DNA of 64,000 nt from Bacteroidota bacterium (GCA_041191145.1 JBEEPK010000004.1:10487-74486); one strand, 5' to 3'; counted from the stretch's first letter, positions 42,427-54,288 are shown. Notes: generated by a model from the letters alone, not told the origin. Made by a program: numbers and translations.

Positions 42427-43743
42427 ACCATCTAGCAATTTCGCCAATGTGCGAGTTGATTCCCTTCTTTCATATCGCCTGATTGCATCCACATTGGGAT
42501 AAGCAATTGGTTTACCCTCTTGAAATGCCTGATACATCTTAAGAATAATCTCAGCTATTCCTTCAATGTCTGATTGATGAGCAATTCCACCTGCCTGTGT
42601 CTCATGCATGAGATCCGCAATAGCGCCTTTAGCCGGTGCAATTGCAATCACGGGTTTCATGGAACCGATATATTCATAGACTTTCCCCGGAACAATCTCC
42701 TCGCTTTCTTTGGCTTCATCGACAATCAGCAATAATGCATGAGAAACAAGAAGATAGGAGATGCTCTTTTCATGAGGAACATATCCAATCACCTCAATTG
42801 ATGACTTGAATGAAGTGGAATTGAACATGTCATGCACTTCATTCCCGAATCTTCCGATAAATCGAAGGTGAATGGATTTGGGATCAAGAAGATTTTTTGA
42901 TGCCAACAATTCCAGAGCTGCAAAAAGAGATGATGGGTTACGCCTACCGTACATCGAACCCGTATATGTCAATACAAATCTATCATAGATTTCAAGTGTT
43001 GTGTCGATATGCTCCCGGCTCGGATAATCCGTTGAATCATAACCATTTGGAACATGATGAAACTTTGATTCCGAAAGAGATGGAAATTTTCTGAGAGCAT
43101 CTTTGATGATACCGATCCATGCACATTCAATTGCATCGGCTTCCTTGAAAACACTATGCTCAAGCGATCTGTCAATCCAGGCCGGAAGGAACCATCTTTT
43201 GGGCGAAGTGAGAAATTCTGTCCATGGATCACGAAAACCTGCCACCCAATGCAAACCCGTCTTTCTCTTCAATTGTCTGGCAATGAGCGAAGTTGTGTAA
43301 GGGGGTGAAGAATTGTATATTGCACTGATTGAGTGTTTCTCAATCAATTCCATAGCTTTTGGAATTGCGGTTGGTAGCCAGCCAATGCGAGCATCCGGAA
43401 TGAATAATGTTGCTCGAATTGCTTCGGCAATGCGCTCTTTGATCGAACGCCTTTGATGGTCATTCTTGATGACATTCACATCAATAGGCACTCCTTTTTT
43501 CTGTCCCATGAGCATGCGATATGCATCGTATGGCTCATAAATATGAGTTCTTTCAACGATGATGTCCGCAGGAATTTTGGAAAGCAGTGATTCATCTCTT
43601 GCGGGAAAATCCCCATTGGAGACAGTCAAAACAATGGGATTCCAACCAAAATCTCGCAGATATTGAATATGCTTCAAAACCCTTTGCACTCCGGGTCCGC
43701 CGGAAGGGGGAAAATAATAGGCGATGATCAATACATTTTTCAT
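42418..43743 (-). CDS. glycosyltransferase family 4 protein
   Basis: N-terminus [17 protein letters not shown]; C-terminal GT-B nucleotide-binding EX7E-like region. Confidence 0.7.
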   Translation of the reverse strand: MKNVLIIAYYFPPSGGPGVQRVLKHIQYLRDFGWNPIVLTVSNGDFPARDESLLSKIPADIIVERTHIYEPYDAYRMLMGQKKGVPIDVNVIKNDHQRRSIKERIAEAIRATLFIPDARIGWLPTAIPKAMELIEKHSISAIYNSSPPYTTSLIARQLKRKTGLHWVAGFRDPWTEFLTSPKRWFLPAWIDRSLEHSVFKEADAIECAWIGIIKDALRKFPSLSESKFHHVPNGYDSTDYPSREHIDTTLEIYDRFVLTYTGSMYGRRNPSSLFAALELLASKNLLDPKSIHLRFIGRFGNEVHDMFNSTSFKSSIEVIGYVPHEKSISYLLVSHALLLIVDEAKESEEIVPGKVYEYIGSMKPVIAIAPAKGAIADLMHETQAGGIAHQSDIEGIAEIILKMYQAFQEGKPIAYPNVDAIRRYERRESTRTLAKLLDGLS

Positions 43744-43827
43744 GGCAAAAGCTATCCTTGAACTCTACAAAGATAGCATGATTCTCCAACACTTTTCGGT
43801 AATGTCCGCATTCCACGATTCTAAACG

Positions 43828-44916
43828 ATGACAATACAAGACTTGCATTTTGATTGCATTCATTTCCGTGGCGATATGCCATGCAGGCCCAATAAAGAGT
43901 CCGGTAAGATTTGTCCTACATGTACTGACTATCAACCTATCTCCAAACGAATTCTCATCATAAAGCTTGGAGCATTAGGGGATGTGATTCGAACAACACC
44001 TCTTTTAGAACGATATAGAAAAGAGTACCCACATTGTCATATAACCTGGATAACGAATTATCCCGAAATCCTCCCCAATGATGCGCTTGATTGTATTCGT
44101 ACATTTACTTTTTCAGATGTGTTCATTGTTACCAAGCAACATTTTGACATCGCAGTGAATCTCTGCAAAGACCAAGAAGCCGCAATGCTTCTTGCTGAAT
44201 GTAATGCAAAGCAAAAATTTGGATTTATTTGGTCCGATGGACATCTTTCTATCGCAAATCCGGAATCAGAGCATAAATTACTCACCGGTTTATTTGATTC
44301 TTTTTCCAAAGCAAATACAAAGAGTTATGTAGATGAGATTTTCGAGATCTGTGGCTTCGATTATCAGCAAGAACCATATCTGCTCAATGTGGAATCCAAG
44401 CAAATGGACCACTGGGCATATCTCAAAGAATCAGCCCAAAATAAACCCATCATCGGACTCAATACAGGTGCAGGTTCGCGTTGGCCAACAAGACTTTGGC
44501 CGGAAGAGAATTGGAAACAACTGATTGTTGCTCTAAAAAATGCCGGATATGCACCATTATTGCTTGGTGGGAATGATGAGCATGAAAGAAATACAGCATT
44601 GAAGCAAGAAACCGGTGCTATGTATGAAGGTGTTTTTCCATTGGAAATATTCATAGCAATTTCGGCTCAATGTGATGTGATTGTAACAGCGGTGTCTATG
44701 ACGATGCATATTGCGCTCGGACTTGGAAAGAAAATGGTTCTGTTCAACAACATCTTCAATAAACATGAATTCGATGTTTTTGGAAGAGGAGAAATTATTG
44801 AGCCTGAAACAGGGTGTGATTGTTACTATGGAGCACAATGTTCTCGAGAGAGAATCTGCATGAAGGATATTTCAGTGGATTCAGTTTTTGATGCAATACA
44901 AAGGCAGCTTTCTTGA
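43828..44916 (+). CDS. glycosyltransferase family 9 (LPS heptosyltransferase-like) with Cys-rich N-terminal extension
   Basis: RILIIKLGALGDVIRTTPLL is the GT9 signature. It is preceded by about 40 aa containing CxH...C...CPTC. Confidence 0.75.
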   Translation: MTIQDLHFDCIHFRGDMPCRPNKESGKICPTCTDYQPISKRILIIKLGALGDVIRTTPLLERYRKEYPHCHITWITNYPEILPNDALDCIRTFTFSDVFIVTKQHFDIAVNLCKDQEAAMLLAECNAKQKFGFIWSDGHLSIANPESEHKLLTGLFDSFSKANTKSYVDEIFEICGFDYQQEPYLLNVESKQMDHWAYLKESAQNKPIIGLNTGAGSRWPTRLWPEENWKQLIVALKNAGYAPLLLGGNDEHERNTALKQETGAMYEGVFPLEIFIAISAQCDVIVTAVSMTMHIALGLGKKMVLFNNIFNKHEFDVFGRGEIIEPETGCDCYYGAQCSRERICMKDISVDSVFDAIQRQLS

Positions 44917-46073
44917 TGATTGAAAATCCCTTAGACATTGCCTATGTATCTGTTTTCTATCCATATAGGGGAGGCATTGCGCAGTTTAATGCTGCATTAT
45001 ATCGAGCTTTTGAGGAATTGGGACATCACCAAAGAGCGTATACATTTACTAGGCAATATCCCGGCATCTTATTCCCTGGAAGTTCTCAATTTGTAACCGA
45101 AGAAGATAGTGCAGACCCAATTCCCGCAAAGCGAGTCTTAGATACGATGAATCCATTCAATTGGCTTTCTACCGCTTCGGATATTCGCAAAACACATCCC
45201 GATTTGCTCTTGACTCAATTATGGATGCCTTTCATGGGTCCTGCCTTTGGAACTATTGCAAGAAGGATGGATAAAGATTGCATAAAACTTTGTGTAGTAC
45301 ATAATGCATTGCCACATGAGTCCAGACCCGGCGATGCTGCTTTTACAAAATATATGCTCTCTGCACATGATGGACTCATTGCCATCAGCGATGCTGTTGA
45401 AGAAGATTTGAAACGCTTGAATCTAGGTAAACCCATCTTGAGAAAAGAGCATCCCATCTACACACATTTTGGTGATCCCATTGATAAAAGAATGGCAAGA
45501 GAACAACTCTCTTTGCCAAAAGATGCCAAAATCCTCCTCTTTTTTGGATTTATTCGAGAATATAAAGGACTCATGAATTTGATTGAATCCATGAAGTTTT
45601 TACCGGAAGATGTTCATCTAGTGATTGCAGGGGAAATCTATGGCGCATTTGATGAATATGATGCACAAATCCAATCACTAAAGCTCGCTCACAGAGTACA
45701 TAAACATGTGAGATATATCCCTGATTCCGAGACTCCTCTCTTTTTCTGCTCCGCGGATGCATGCGTATTGCCGTATAAATCAGCAACACAAAGTGGTATC
45801 ATAGCAATTGCACATCATTTTGAAATTCCGGTCATAGCAACACCTGTTGGAGGCTTACCCGAAGCACTGAGACATGGAAAGGCCGGCATGATAGTAAAAG
45901 GTGTTGATATTCAAGAGATTGCCTATGGAATTAATGAATTTTTCGATAAGGACTTGGCTTCTAGGTACATAGAAGGGGTAAGGACTCTAAAAAAAGAATT
46001 ATCATGGACGGAACTTGCAAGGGATATCATTGCATTTTATGGAATGATTAAAAACAGTAAAACCAAGCATTGA
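44913..46073 (+). CDS. glycosyltransferase family 4 protein
   Basis: GT-B fold motifs; ATGA overlap with the upstream gene. Confidence 0.65.
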   Translation: MMIENPLDIAYVSVFYPYRGGIAQFNAALYRAFEELGHHQRAYTFTRQYPGILFPGSSQFVTEEDSADPIPAKRVLDTMNPFNWLSTASDIRKTHPDLLLTQLWMPFMGPAFGTIARRMDKDCIKLCVVHNALPHESRPGDAAFTKYMLSAHDGLIAISDAVEEDLKRLNLGKPILRKEHPIYTHFGDPIDKRMAREQLSLPKDAKILLFFGFIREYKGLMNLIESMKFLPEDVHLVIAGEIYGAFDEYDAQIQSLKLAHRVHKHVRYIPDSETPLFFCSADACVLPYKSATQSGIIAIAHHFEIPVIATPVGGLPEALRHGKAGMIVKGVDIQEIAYGINEFFDKDLASRYIEGVRTLKKELSWTELARDIIAFYGMIKNSKTKH

Positions 46074-46241
46074 TTGTGCTATTCGGTCAATTTATGCTTG
46101 AGTTCAAAGTATTTTCTTCGTGAAAAATCATGCACATATCGTATCTTTGCGTCTGCAATTGTAGGATTTTTGCATGTTGCAATTGAGCCTGCTCAGCACT
46201 TCAACACGACTTTTCATTACATAACATTTCAGGTGATTTCA

Positions 46242-47513
46242 ATGGATTTGTTCAAAGCTCGACTCGACGAGAAACTTCCCCAGCTTCGTGCCGAGAGAAC
46301 AACCTTGCTCAAGGAACATGGAGATACGCAAATCTCTACTGTTGCAATTGAGCAAGTGCTCGGTGGCATGAGAGCTGTTCCCGCATTGCTATGCGAAACT
46401 TCTTCTGTATCTGCAGATGAAGGTCTTCGCATCAGAAATATCCCAATTTTGGAATTGACAAACCAAACTCCCGAAGATATATTCTTTCTTCTTTGTACTG
46501 GCGTTTTGCCAAATGATGCTGAAAGAGCAGAAATCAGTGCCGCATTTGCAGCAAAAGCGAATGTACCGGATTCAGTTTGGGATGTATTAAAGGCCTTGCC
46601 AAAAGATACCCATCCAATGGTCATGCTCAGCATCGGAATCTTGGCATTGGAAAAAGATTCAGCTTTCCGCAAAGCATATGAAGCAGGTGCTTCAAAAGAT
46701 GAATTATGGAAGGCAACTTTGGAAGATTGCGTTACCCTGCTCGGTGGTGTTACTACAATCGCTGCCGGAATTTATCGCATTAGATTTGGCAAGGGCGATT
46801 TGATCGCACCGAAAGAAGGCTTGGATTGGAGTGCAAATTTTGCACATATGCTTGGTGTTAGCAATGATGCCTCATGGGAAGATCTCGTGAGATTGTATCT
46901 TGTGCTGCACAGTGATCATGAAGGTGGAAATGTGAGTGCCATGACATCACATGTTGTCAGTTCTGCACTTTCCGATGTCTTCTATTCTGTGAGCGCCGGT
47001 TTGAATGGTCTTGCGGGTCCATTGCATGGTCTTGCCAATCAAGAATGTTTGCGTTTCATCATGGATCTTCGTCAGGAGTTTGGTGGTGTTCCAACAGATG
47101 AAGCACTTCGTGAATATTGCTTCAAGCGTCTTGGTTCAGGACAAGTTATTCCTGGTTATGGACATGCTGTTCTTCGCGTAACAGATCCTCGCTTCACAGC
47201 ATTCCATCAATTTGCTGAAGAAAAGAATTTGAATGATGACAATGTGCAATTCATGAAGAAATTGTTTGCAATTGTTCCTGAAGTATTGAAAGAGCAAGGA
47301 AAAGCAAAGAATCCTTGGCCAAATGTTGATGCAGCATCAGGTTCATTGCTCTATTATTATGGTATGACAGAATTTGAATTCTATACTGTAATGTTTGGTG
47401 TTTCTCGCGCAATGGGAATTTGTTCCCAGATCTTGGTTCACCGTATGATTGGTTCTCCAATTGTGCGTCCCAAATCAATGACGCTCACCGAACTTCGTGG
47501 AATGATTAAGTAA
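46242..47513 (+). CDS. citrate synthase (eukaryotic-like/type I family)
   Basis: Motifs VLGGMRAV, ...HSDHEGGNVSAMT, ...GYGHAVLR. The start is placed at MDLFKARLDE (ATG 46242). The in-frame upstream 56 codons lack CS similarity. Confidence 0.8.
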   Translation: MDLFKARLDEKLPQLRAERTTLLKEHGDTQISTVAIEQVLGGMRAVPALLCETSSVSADEGLRIRNIPILELTNQTPEDIFFLLCTGVLPNDAERAEISAAFAAKANVPDSVWDVLKALPKDTHPMVMLSIGILALEKDSAFRKAYEAGASKDELWKATLEDCVTLLGGVTTIAAGIYRIRFGKGDLIAPKEGLDWSANFAHMLGVSNDASWEDLVRLYLVLHSDHEGGNVSAMTSHVVSSALSDVFYSVSAGLNGLAGPLHGLANQECLRFIMDLRQEFGGVPTDEALREYCFKRLGSGQVIPGYGHAVLRVTDPRFTAFHQFAEEKNLNDDNVQFMKKLFAIVPEVLKEQGKAKNPWPNVDAASGSLLYYYGMTEFEFYTVMFGVSRAMGICSQILVHRMIGSPIVRPKSMTLTELRGMIK

Positions 47514-47515
47514 AT

Positions 47516-47550
47516 AAAAAGCCCCTTCAAATTGAAGGGGCTTTTCTTTT
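47516..47550. terminator. bidirectional rho-independent terminator
   Basis: AAAAAGCCCCTTCAAATTGAAGGGGCTTTTCTTTTT. Confidence 0.8.
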
Positions 47551-48375
47551 TCTGGCAACAAGAAAAATCTCAACACCAGTCAGATGTTCATATAGACGAC
47601 CTAAGAATTTTCTTGCACTTTGTTTGTAAGAAAATGAATTCCTAAGAGTTCTGTCGGCTAAGATTCCTGCTTTGAATGTATGATTATCATTTGGTTTTCT
47701 GCTATAACATTCCACAACTTCAAAACCTACGGATTCAATCAGGGTGCAAAGTGATTTTTTTGAATAATGCACATAATGATTATGTGGTTGGAACCATATC
47801 CAATATCTGCCCAATACTCTGCTCCAGAATGATGCAAAATCAGGAACGCGTATAAAAATGAAGCCATTGTCATCAAGAAGATGTTGGCATTGTTCTAAAA
47901 GATTGCGTGGTTCTGTAAAATGTTCCAATACATGCCAAAGCGTCAATGCTTGAAATGATGGTTGAATATCTTTAATGCTGGGAGCAATATTGAGGCCGAT
48001 AGACATTGTATATGATTTTGCTGATTGAGATGGTTCAATCCCACATACTTCAAATCCAAATCTTCTACATATATCAAGAAAATACCCTTTGTCACAACCG
48101 ATGTCTAAAATTCTGTCACCAGATTTGAGTCCTTGTTTTTGCAATTGTGAAATCAGCCAATATTGTTCGGGGAGTCTAAAGATGCGCCTATATTCAGAAG
48201 CCAAAACTTCACTGGCGCTCATGAGATAGTGCGAAGAATAATATGAATCAAGTTTGTCTTGATTTGGAATATGCTTAAGGACATGAACGGTACAATTTGT
48301 ACAGTATACTAATGAAACACCATTAATTGTTTTTTGCTTCAGATTCGGAATATTACAAATGATACAATTTTGCAC
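47527..48375 (-). CDS. class I SAM-dependent methyltransferase with N-terminal Cys4 zinc-ribbon
   Basis: CIICN...CTNC zinc ribbon, then the SAM motif I ILDIGCDKGYF. Confidence 0.7.
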   Translation of the reverse strand: MQNCIICNIPNLKQKTINGVSLVYCTNCTVHVLKHIPNQDKLDSYYSSHYLMSASEVLASEYRRIFRLPEQYWLISQLQKQGLKSGDRILDIGCDKGYFLDICRRFGFEVCGIEPSQSAKSYTMSIGLNIAPSIKDIQPSFQALTLWHVLEHFTEPRNLLEQCQHLLDDNGFIFIRVPDFASFWSRVLGRYWIWFQPHNHYVHYSKKSLCTLIESVGFEVVECYSRKPNDNHTFKAGILADRTLRNSFSYKQSARKFLGRLYEHLTGVEIFLVARKRKAPSI

Positions 48376-48453
48376 GATTACACCTTGTTTATTTCAAACA
48401 AATTTACATATTTATGAATGGCATAAATGCCGGAATTATTATAAATGAAGTAG

Positions 48454-50031
48454 TTGAATATAATGGCTAGCAAAACAAACATTCGTAGTATGAATGGAAA
48501 TGGTAAAGATTCAAATATCAGTCTTAAGATTGCATCTGTGGAGTTAATAGCTGCAATTAGAAATCGGAATGATGATGGATTAAGAGATATTTTGGAACAA
48601 TTGGAAACATATTCAGGTACAGAGTCATGGATATTATGCGATGCATTACAAAAATTTATTCGTCTATACCTAAGAAGAGTAGATCTTCCTGTATTAGAGT
48701 TTAAAGAATGTGTTGAACAATGTAGTAAGATATTTGTAAAGCATAAACTATATGAAATGTTGGCTTTTGCAACATACTCATTGGCTCGTCATTACTTTGT
48801 CACAAATGTATTTTTTGAAGAATGTTTGTCTTATCTCCTTCAAACAGAACTAATTGTGCAAAAACATTTAAGCGTTCACAATATGACACATTGTGAAGTG
48901 TTATTTATGAAGGGTTCGGTATACTACTTTCAAGGGAATTTTGATGAATCTACAAAAGCAATTCTACAAGCACAATCGCTAAAGTCATATGCGAAGGCAT
49001 CTGGGGAAATGAAGTTTAAATCAAATATAAATCTAGCTAGAAACTATATTTTTGCAAATGATCCTGCTAAAGCAAAACTGCATCTTGAAGCTGCAGAAGT
49101 ACATTGGGAGGATTATCAAGGTCCATATGACAAAGGTGCACTGTATCTTAGAAAAGCAGATTTATTGAGGTATGAAGGAAAATGGGAATTATCATATGCT
49201 CAATTACAAGAGGGCTTAGAATGGTATAAGAATTTAGGTTTTCCATTGCGATTAGGTGAATTCTACAAAGAGATTGGGGAATTTTTTAAAATAGAAGATA
49301 ATCCAATGAAAGACTATGATCTTTCTATGCACTCATTCGAGAAGGCAATGGAGATCGCAAGAGAGTTAAAAATAAACAAGTTTACATTTGCCATACAAAA
49401 TAGTATGTGGAAGGCGGCTTATGCATTTCGAAAATGGGAAGCATGTACTGAAAAACTTATTGAGTATCATAGAATGATTGAAGAAGTACATTTAGTTGAA
49501 TTGCAATTTGAAATTAAAAAAATCGAAAATAAAGCACTTGAAGAAAGGAATAAACTCATAAAAGAGGGTAAGATGGCATATAGAGAAGCAATGACTGAAG
49601 AAGTGATTCAATTGAATAAAGTAAATGAGCAATTGCAGATGGAAAATATTCGATTGAAACATGCCATTGAAAAAATTGAACTATTGTTAAGTAGAAAATC
49701 AAAAACTGTTCATAATAATGATGCCTTTTATGAAAAAATAGAAGAATTAGTGCAGTCAGCTAAAGGTAATGAAGTAGATCTAGAATCATATTTGGCAAAA
49801 TGTGATAAGCTTCATCCCAACTTTGGAATGGATATCGTAAAATCTCATCCAAATATCACTTCAATGGAATTGAAAATATCAAAGTTGATAAAGCAAGGAT
49901 TAGCAACACAATCTATTGCAAGAATATTTAATGTGACTGTAAAAAGCATTGAAAATCATAGAATGAATCTTCGTAAAAAGGCAAATCTCAATCCAAATCA
50001 GTCATTGTCGGCATATATTCTATCAATATAA
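48454..50031 (+). CDS. LuxR-family (GerE-type HTH) transcriptional regulator with large N-terminal helical/TPR-like domain, paralog 1
   Basis: C-terminal 60 aa MELKISKLIKQGLATQSIARIFNVTVKSIENHRMNLRKK is a LuxR/GerE HTH. The N-terminal 450 aa is helical with a coiled-coil segment. Low-GC gene. Confidence 0.7.
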   Translation: MNIMASKTNIRSMNGNGKDSNISLKIASVELIAAIRNRNDDGLRDILEQLETYSGTESWILCDALQKFIRLYLRRVDLPVLEFKECVEQCSKIFVKHKLYEMLAFATYSLARHYFVTNVFFEECLSYLLQTELIVQKHLSVHNMTHCEVLFMKGSVYYFQGNFDESTKAILQAQSLKSYAKASGEMKFKSNINLARNYIFANDPAKAKLHLEAAEVHWEDYQGPYDKGALYLRKADLLRYEGKWELSYAQLQEGLEWYKNLGFPLRLGEFYKEIGEFFKIEDNPMKDYDLSMHSFEKAMEIARELKINKFTFAIQNSMWKAAYAFRKWEACTEKLIEYHRMIEEVHLVELQFEIKKIENKALEERNKLIKEGKMAYREAMTEEVIQLNKVNEQLQMENIRLKHAIEKIELLLSRKSKTVHNNDAFYEKIEELVQSAKGNEVDLESYLAKCDKLHPNFGMDIVKSHPNITSMELKISKLIKQGLATQSIARIFNVTVKSIENHRMNLRKKANLNPNQSLSAYILSI

Positions 50032-50074
50032 AAATATCTTGAAGTAGAGATTTATAATAGAACAGAGGGTTTCA

Positions 50075-51625
50075 ATGAAGAGCATAGCAATGAAAAACAA
50101 AAGTAAATACATGTCTTTGAAAACATTATCGCAAGATATTGTGAAAGTAATCCAAGGGGACCAGAGTAGTGATATGAGTAGAATTGAAATGCAAATAAGG
50201 GAATATGCAGGGAGCGGTTCGTCTCAAATTCAAAGCGAATTGATTGAATTCATTCAAACATATATCAATAGAAGAGAATTGTCTGCTGTGGAGATGCATG
50301 AAAGAATTGAAAAACATTGTAAAGTATTTGCGAAGTATAAATATCATGAGATAAGAGCGCGGGCAAAAGTACTTCTTGCTAGTCATTATCACCAAACGCA
50401 TAAGTATATTTCAGAAAGTTTTAAAGCATTAACCGAAGCCGAGTTAATAGTCCAAAGACATTTGGGTCCTGATAATTTTATACTATGCGAAGCATTGTTT
50501 GTGAGGGGAGGAGTGTACTACTCACTTGGAGAAATGGAAAAATCAACCGAAGCATTGTTGTCATCCCAATCACTTAAGGGATTCATAAATGCATCGTATG
50601 CACATCAATATAAATCACATATCAATATCTCACGTAACTATATTTACTTGCATGATTATAAGAGTGCAAAAAAACACTTGGAATTGGCAGCAATAAGTTG
50701 GGAGCATTATGGCAATATATATGACAAAGGTGGTTTATATATGCGAAAGTCTGATATGCTCAGACATGAAGGGAATTGGGAAGAATCCTTGAAAATTTTG
50801 ATTGAGGGCTTGAACTTTTATCAGGAACATGATATTAAATTGAGAATTGCTGAATTTCACAAAGAGTTGGGAGAATTCCACTCAAGAACTGATAATCCTT
50901 TACGGAATTTTACAAACTCTATGAACTCATTTGAAGAAGCATTGAAGCTTTCAAAGGAATTAGAAATTCTGAGATTGGAGGCTGCAATAATCAATAGTAT
51001 GTGGAAAGTTTGTAAAAGTTTTGAAGAATGGAAATTGTGTTCTCAATATCTGATAGAATATAATGATGTATTTGAAAAGATTCATCAAGATGAGGTGGAT
51101 ATTTACATTAAAAAAATAGAAAGTATCGTTTTAGAAGAAAAGAAGCAATTGACAAGTGAAGGTAAGCCAACATTCACAAAAGCGCTTGTCGATGAGGTCG
51201 TGCAATTAAGAGAAAAAATTGAGATATTAAAACAAAAAAACATGAGCTTGGAAAAGATTATGCTTGAAGTTGAATCTCTCATTGATCATAACGCGATTGG
51301 GAACAAGAACGGTGCAAATTTTGTGGATCAACTTCATCGCATGGTAGCAAGAAGAAAGGGAAATGCCCCGGATTTGACTGCTTATCTTGCAGAGTGTGAT
51401 AAGTCATATCCAGAATTAGCTTCAATTTTGATTGAGAAGATACCATCAATTACTAGTATGGAAATGAAAGTTGCCAAATTGATTAGACTTGATTTGTCGA
51501 CTCAATCAATAGCAAATATTTGTGGTGTTACAGTAAAAAGTATAGAAAGCCACAGGATGAAACTCAGGAAAAAGGCACAGTTAACCCCAGAGCAATCATT
51601 ATCTGCATTTGTATTGGCACTGTGA
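50075..51625 (+). CDS. LuxR-family (GerE-type HTH) transcriptional regulator with large N-terminal helical/TPR-like domain, paralog 2
   Basis: Colinear with paralog 1 over the full length at roughly 40% identity (for example ELIVQ.HL, GGVYY, SQSLK, YDKGGLY, NSMWK). C-terminal LuxR HTH. Confidence 0.7.
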   Translation: MKSIAMKNKSKYMSLKTLSQDIVKVIQGDQSSDMSRIEMQIREYAGSGSSQIQSELIEFIQTYINRRELSAVEMHERIEKHCKVFAKYKYHEIRARAKVLLASHYHQTHKYISESFKALTEAELIVQRHLGPDNFILCEALFVRGGVYYSLGEMEKSTEALLSSQSLKGFINASYAHQYKSHINISRNYIYLHDYKSAKKHLELAAISWEHYGNIYDKGGLYMRKSDMLRHEGNWEESLKILIEGLNFYQEHDIKLRIAEFHKELGEFHSRTDNPLRNFTNSMNSFEEALKLSKELEILRLEAAIINSMWKVCKSFEEWKLCSQYLIEYNDVFEKIHQDEVDIYIKKIESIVLEEKKQLTSEGKPTFTKALVDEVVQLREKIEILKQKNMSLEKIMLEVESLIDHNAIGNKNGANFVDQLHRMVARRKGNAPDLTAYLAECDKSYPELASILIEKIPSITSMEMKVAKLIRLDLSTQSIANICGVTVKSIESHRMKLRKKAQLTPEQSLSAFVLAL

Positions 51626-51781
51626 TAAATTTTCATGCCCAAAGAAAATATGGGGTTTGTATAGGGTATAAGAGAAAAGTAATCCCTGTAAGTTGCCGGT
51701 AGATCAAATTGATTTGGAATAGGGTTATATTCTTCATCTTAAGATGATCTATAATTATTGGCTATCAGGGGTCAGGATACG

Positions 51782-51856
51782 GTAATAGCTCTCACTATGT
51801 GAGGGCTATTACTTTTTTAAAGAAAAAAAGCCAAATCATATTAAGATTTGGCTTTT
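51782..51856. terminator. two adjacent hairpin terminators (one after LuxR paralog 2 on plus, one after tRNA-Val on minus)
   Basis: GTAATAGCTCTCAC-tat-GTGAGGGCTATTAC followed by TTTTTT; then AAAAAAAGCCAAATC-atattaa-GATTTGGCTTTT. Confidence 0.65.
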
Positions 51857-51858
51857 AG

Positions 51859-51932
<74 letters not shown>

Positions 51933-52155
51933 AAATGGCTTGCAAAAATACATACTCTTTCTGAAAAGGAAAAGATCTGCAAAAAAAAGCCATGAATGAG
52001 GAAAAAATTGAATGATATTATCATTCAAAAACCCTCGATAAGCAGTGCCTTTCGTATATTTGCAAGCCCTTATTATTCAATTCTCATTGAATGTAAAGAA
52101 AAGGGAATATCATAATTGATTTGAATATTCTTGTTCCATTTTTCAGACATATTGT

Positions 52156-54288
52156 ATGACAGTTGGATTGATACTAGGTTTAGGAGCTTTAGCGCTCATC
52201 GTTGCTTTATTTTATTCACGCCGTGTGAATGCCATTTCGATTGATTCAGGTGCTTCTTCACCTGAAGAAGTTGCAAAATTGACTGAGATATCTTCAGCAA
52301 TTGCCGAAGGAGCAATGGCATTTCTCAAGAGAGAATATCGCATTCTATCATTGTTCATGGGTTTGTTTGCCATCATTATTGTGTTTACCGTCAATGATGA
52401 GCATGCAGGTATTCCTTTGGGATTATGGTCTGCAATATGCTTTTTGATTGGTGCAGGAACATCTGTAGTATCCGGTTATATCGGGATGAAAATTGCAACA
52501 AAAGGTAATGTTCGCACAGCTGCAGCCGCAAGAATATCACTGGAAAAATCATTTCGCATTGCATTTGAATCCGGTGCAGTGATGGGATTTGGTTTGACCG
52601 GACTTGCAGTGATGGGATTGATACTTGTGTATTTGGGACTCATCACACTGCATCCTTCTATAGATCAGCACATCATTATGGAAATTCTTTCCGGATTTGC
52701 ATTGGGTGGTTCTTCAGTTGCTTTGTTTGGTCGAGTTGGCGGTGGTATTTATACCAAAGCCGCTGATGTTGGAGCTGATTTGGTTGGGAAAGTTGAGGCA
52801 GGCATTCCGGAAGATGATCCTCGCAATCCTGCCGTGATTGCAGATAATGTTGGTGATAATGTTGGTGATATTGCCGGTATGGGTGCGGATCTATTTGGTT
52901 CGGTTGCTGAGTCAACATGTGCCGCAATGGTTATTGGTGCTGCTTCATTTGCAATGCTTGAAGGCGAAGCAAAGACTTCTGCTTTGCTATTCCCACTTTT
53001 TGTGAGTGGCGTTGGTATCGTTGCAAGTTTGATTTCGCTCTTTTTCATCAACCCTAAATCTGAAGAAAAAGTTGAATCATCATTGAAGAATGCATTGATC
53101 ATCTCAACTATTCTCATGCTCATTGCACTCTATCCATTCACGATGAATATGTTGCCCGGTGAATTCATGCTAGGTAATCGTATGCATTCTAATATGGGTG
53201 TGTTCATCACATTAGCAGCTGGATTGATAGCTGGACTTGCGATTGGTTTGATAACAGAATATTATACATCACATAGATATTCTCCTGTTCGTGAAGTTGC
53301 AGATGCATCTCAAACGGGCGCGGCAACCAATATCATTTATGGTTTGTCATTGGGTTATAATTCATCCGTACTTCCAATGCTTATCATGGCAATAACAGTT
53401 GTGATTGGTTTTTCTTTTGCAGGAATGTATGGCATTGCGATGGCTGCAATCGGCATGCTTGGAACCATTGCAGTAGGTCTTACCATTGATGCATATGGTC
53501 CTGTTTCAGACAATGCAGGTGGTATTGCAGAGATGGCAGAAATGGGTCCAGACATTCGCAAGCGCACAGATGCTCTTGATGCGGCAGGGAATACAACAGC
53601 AGCCATTGGTAAAGGATTTGCTATTGGTTCCGCAGCTTTGACTTCACTTGCTCTTACAGCGGCATTTTTGACAAGAGCTGATTTGCCTGTCATTAATATG
53701 CTTGATCCTATCGTAATGGCAGGTTTATTCGTTGGAGCTTCACTTCCTTTCGCATTCTCAGCAATGACTATGCGTTCAGTTGGAAAAGCAGCATTTAGCA
53801 TGATTGAAGAAGTGAGACGACAGTTCCGTACGATTCCTGGTTTGCTTGAAGGGAAAGCAAGAGCTGATTATAGCACCTGTGTTGATATTTCCACTAAAGC
53901 ATCTTTGCGTGAGATGATAGCTCCCGGCTTATTGGTAATTCTTACACCGCTTCTTACCGGTTGGCTTTTTGGAGTACACATGGTTGCTGGATTATTGATT
54001 GGTGCATTGATCACAGGTGTGATGATGGCAATCTCAATGGCAAATTCCGGTGGCGCATGGGATAATGCGAAGAAATACATTGAAACAGGTCAATTGGGGG
54101 GCAAAGGTTCAGATACCCATAAAGCTGCAGTTGTAGGTGATACGGTTGGTGATCCATTCAAGGATACATCAGGACCATCACTGAACATTCTCATTAAATT
54201 GATGGCGATCATCTCATTGGTTTTTGTTCCTTTCTTCGTTAAGAATGGTGGTATTTTGCTCAATATGTTTGGCTTGAGTCAACATTGA
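52156..54288 (+). CDS. hppA: membrane-bound proton/sodium-translocating pyrophosphatase
   Basis: 710-aa polytopic protein with PPase signatures GGG(I)[14 protein letters not shown] and [18 protein letters not shown]. Confidence 0.9.
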   Translation: MTVGLILGLGALALIVALFYSRRVNAISIDSGASSPEEVAKLTEISSAIAEGAMAFLKREYRILSLFMGLFAIIIVFTVNDEHAGIPLGLWSAICFLIGAGTSVVSGYIGMKIATKGNVRTAAAARISLEKSFRIAFESGAVMGFGLTGLAVMGLILVYLGLITLHPSIDQHIIMEILSGFALGGSSVALFGRVGGGIYTKAADVGADLVGKVEAGIPEDDPRNPAVIADNVGDNVGDIAGMGADLFGSVAESTCAAMVIGAASFAMLEGEAKTSALLFPLFVSGVGIVASLISLFFINPKSEEKVESSLKNALIISTILMLIALYPFTMNMLPGEFMLGNRMHSNMGVFITLAAGLIAGLAIGLITEYYTSHRYSPVREVADASQTGAATNIIYGLSLGYNSSVLPMLIMAITVVIGFSFAGMYGIAMAAIGMLGTIAVGLTIDAYGPVSDNAGGIAEMAEMGPDIRKRTDALDAAGNTTAAIGKGFAIGSAALTSLALTAAFLTRADLPVINMLDPIVMAGLFVGASLPFAFSAMTMRSVGKAAFSMIEEVRRQFRTIPGLLEGKARADYSTCVDISTKASLREMIAPGLLVILTPLLTGWLFGVHMVAGLLIGALITGVMMAISMANSGGAWDNAKKYIETGQLGGKGSDTHKAAVVGDTVGDPFKDTSGPSLNILIKLMAIISLVFVPFFVKNGGILLNMFGLSQH

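Noticed and set aside
46074-46241. N-terminal 56-codon extension of the citrate synthase ORF (MCYSVNLCLSSKYFL...)
   Set aside because: It has no similarity to citrate synthases, and the canonical N-terminus begins at MDLFKARLDE. It is treated as a spurious upstream in-frame extension.
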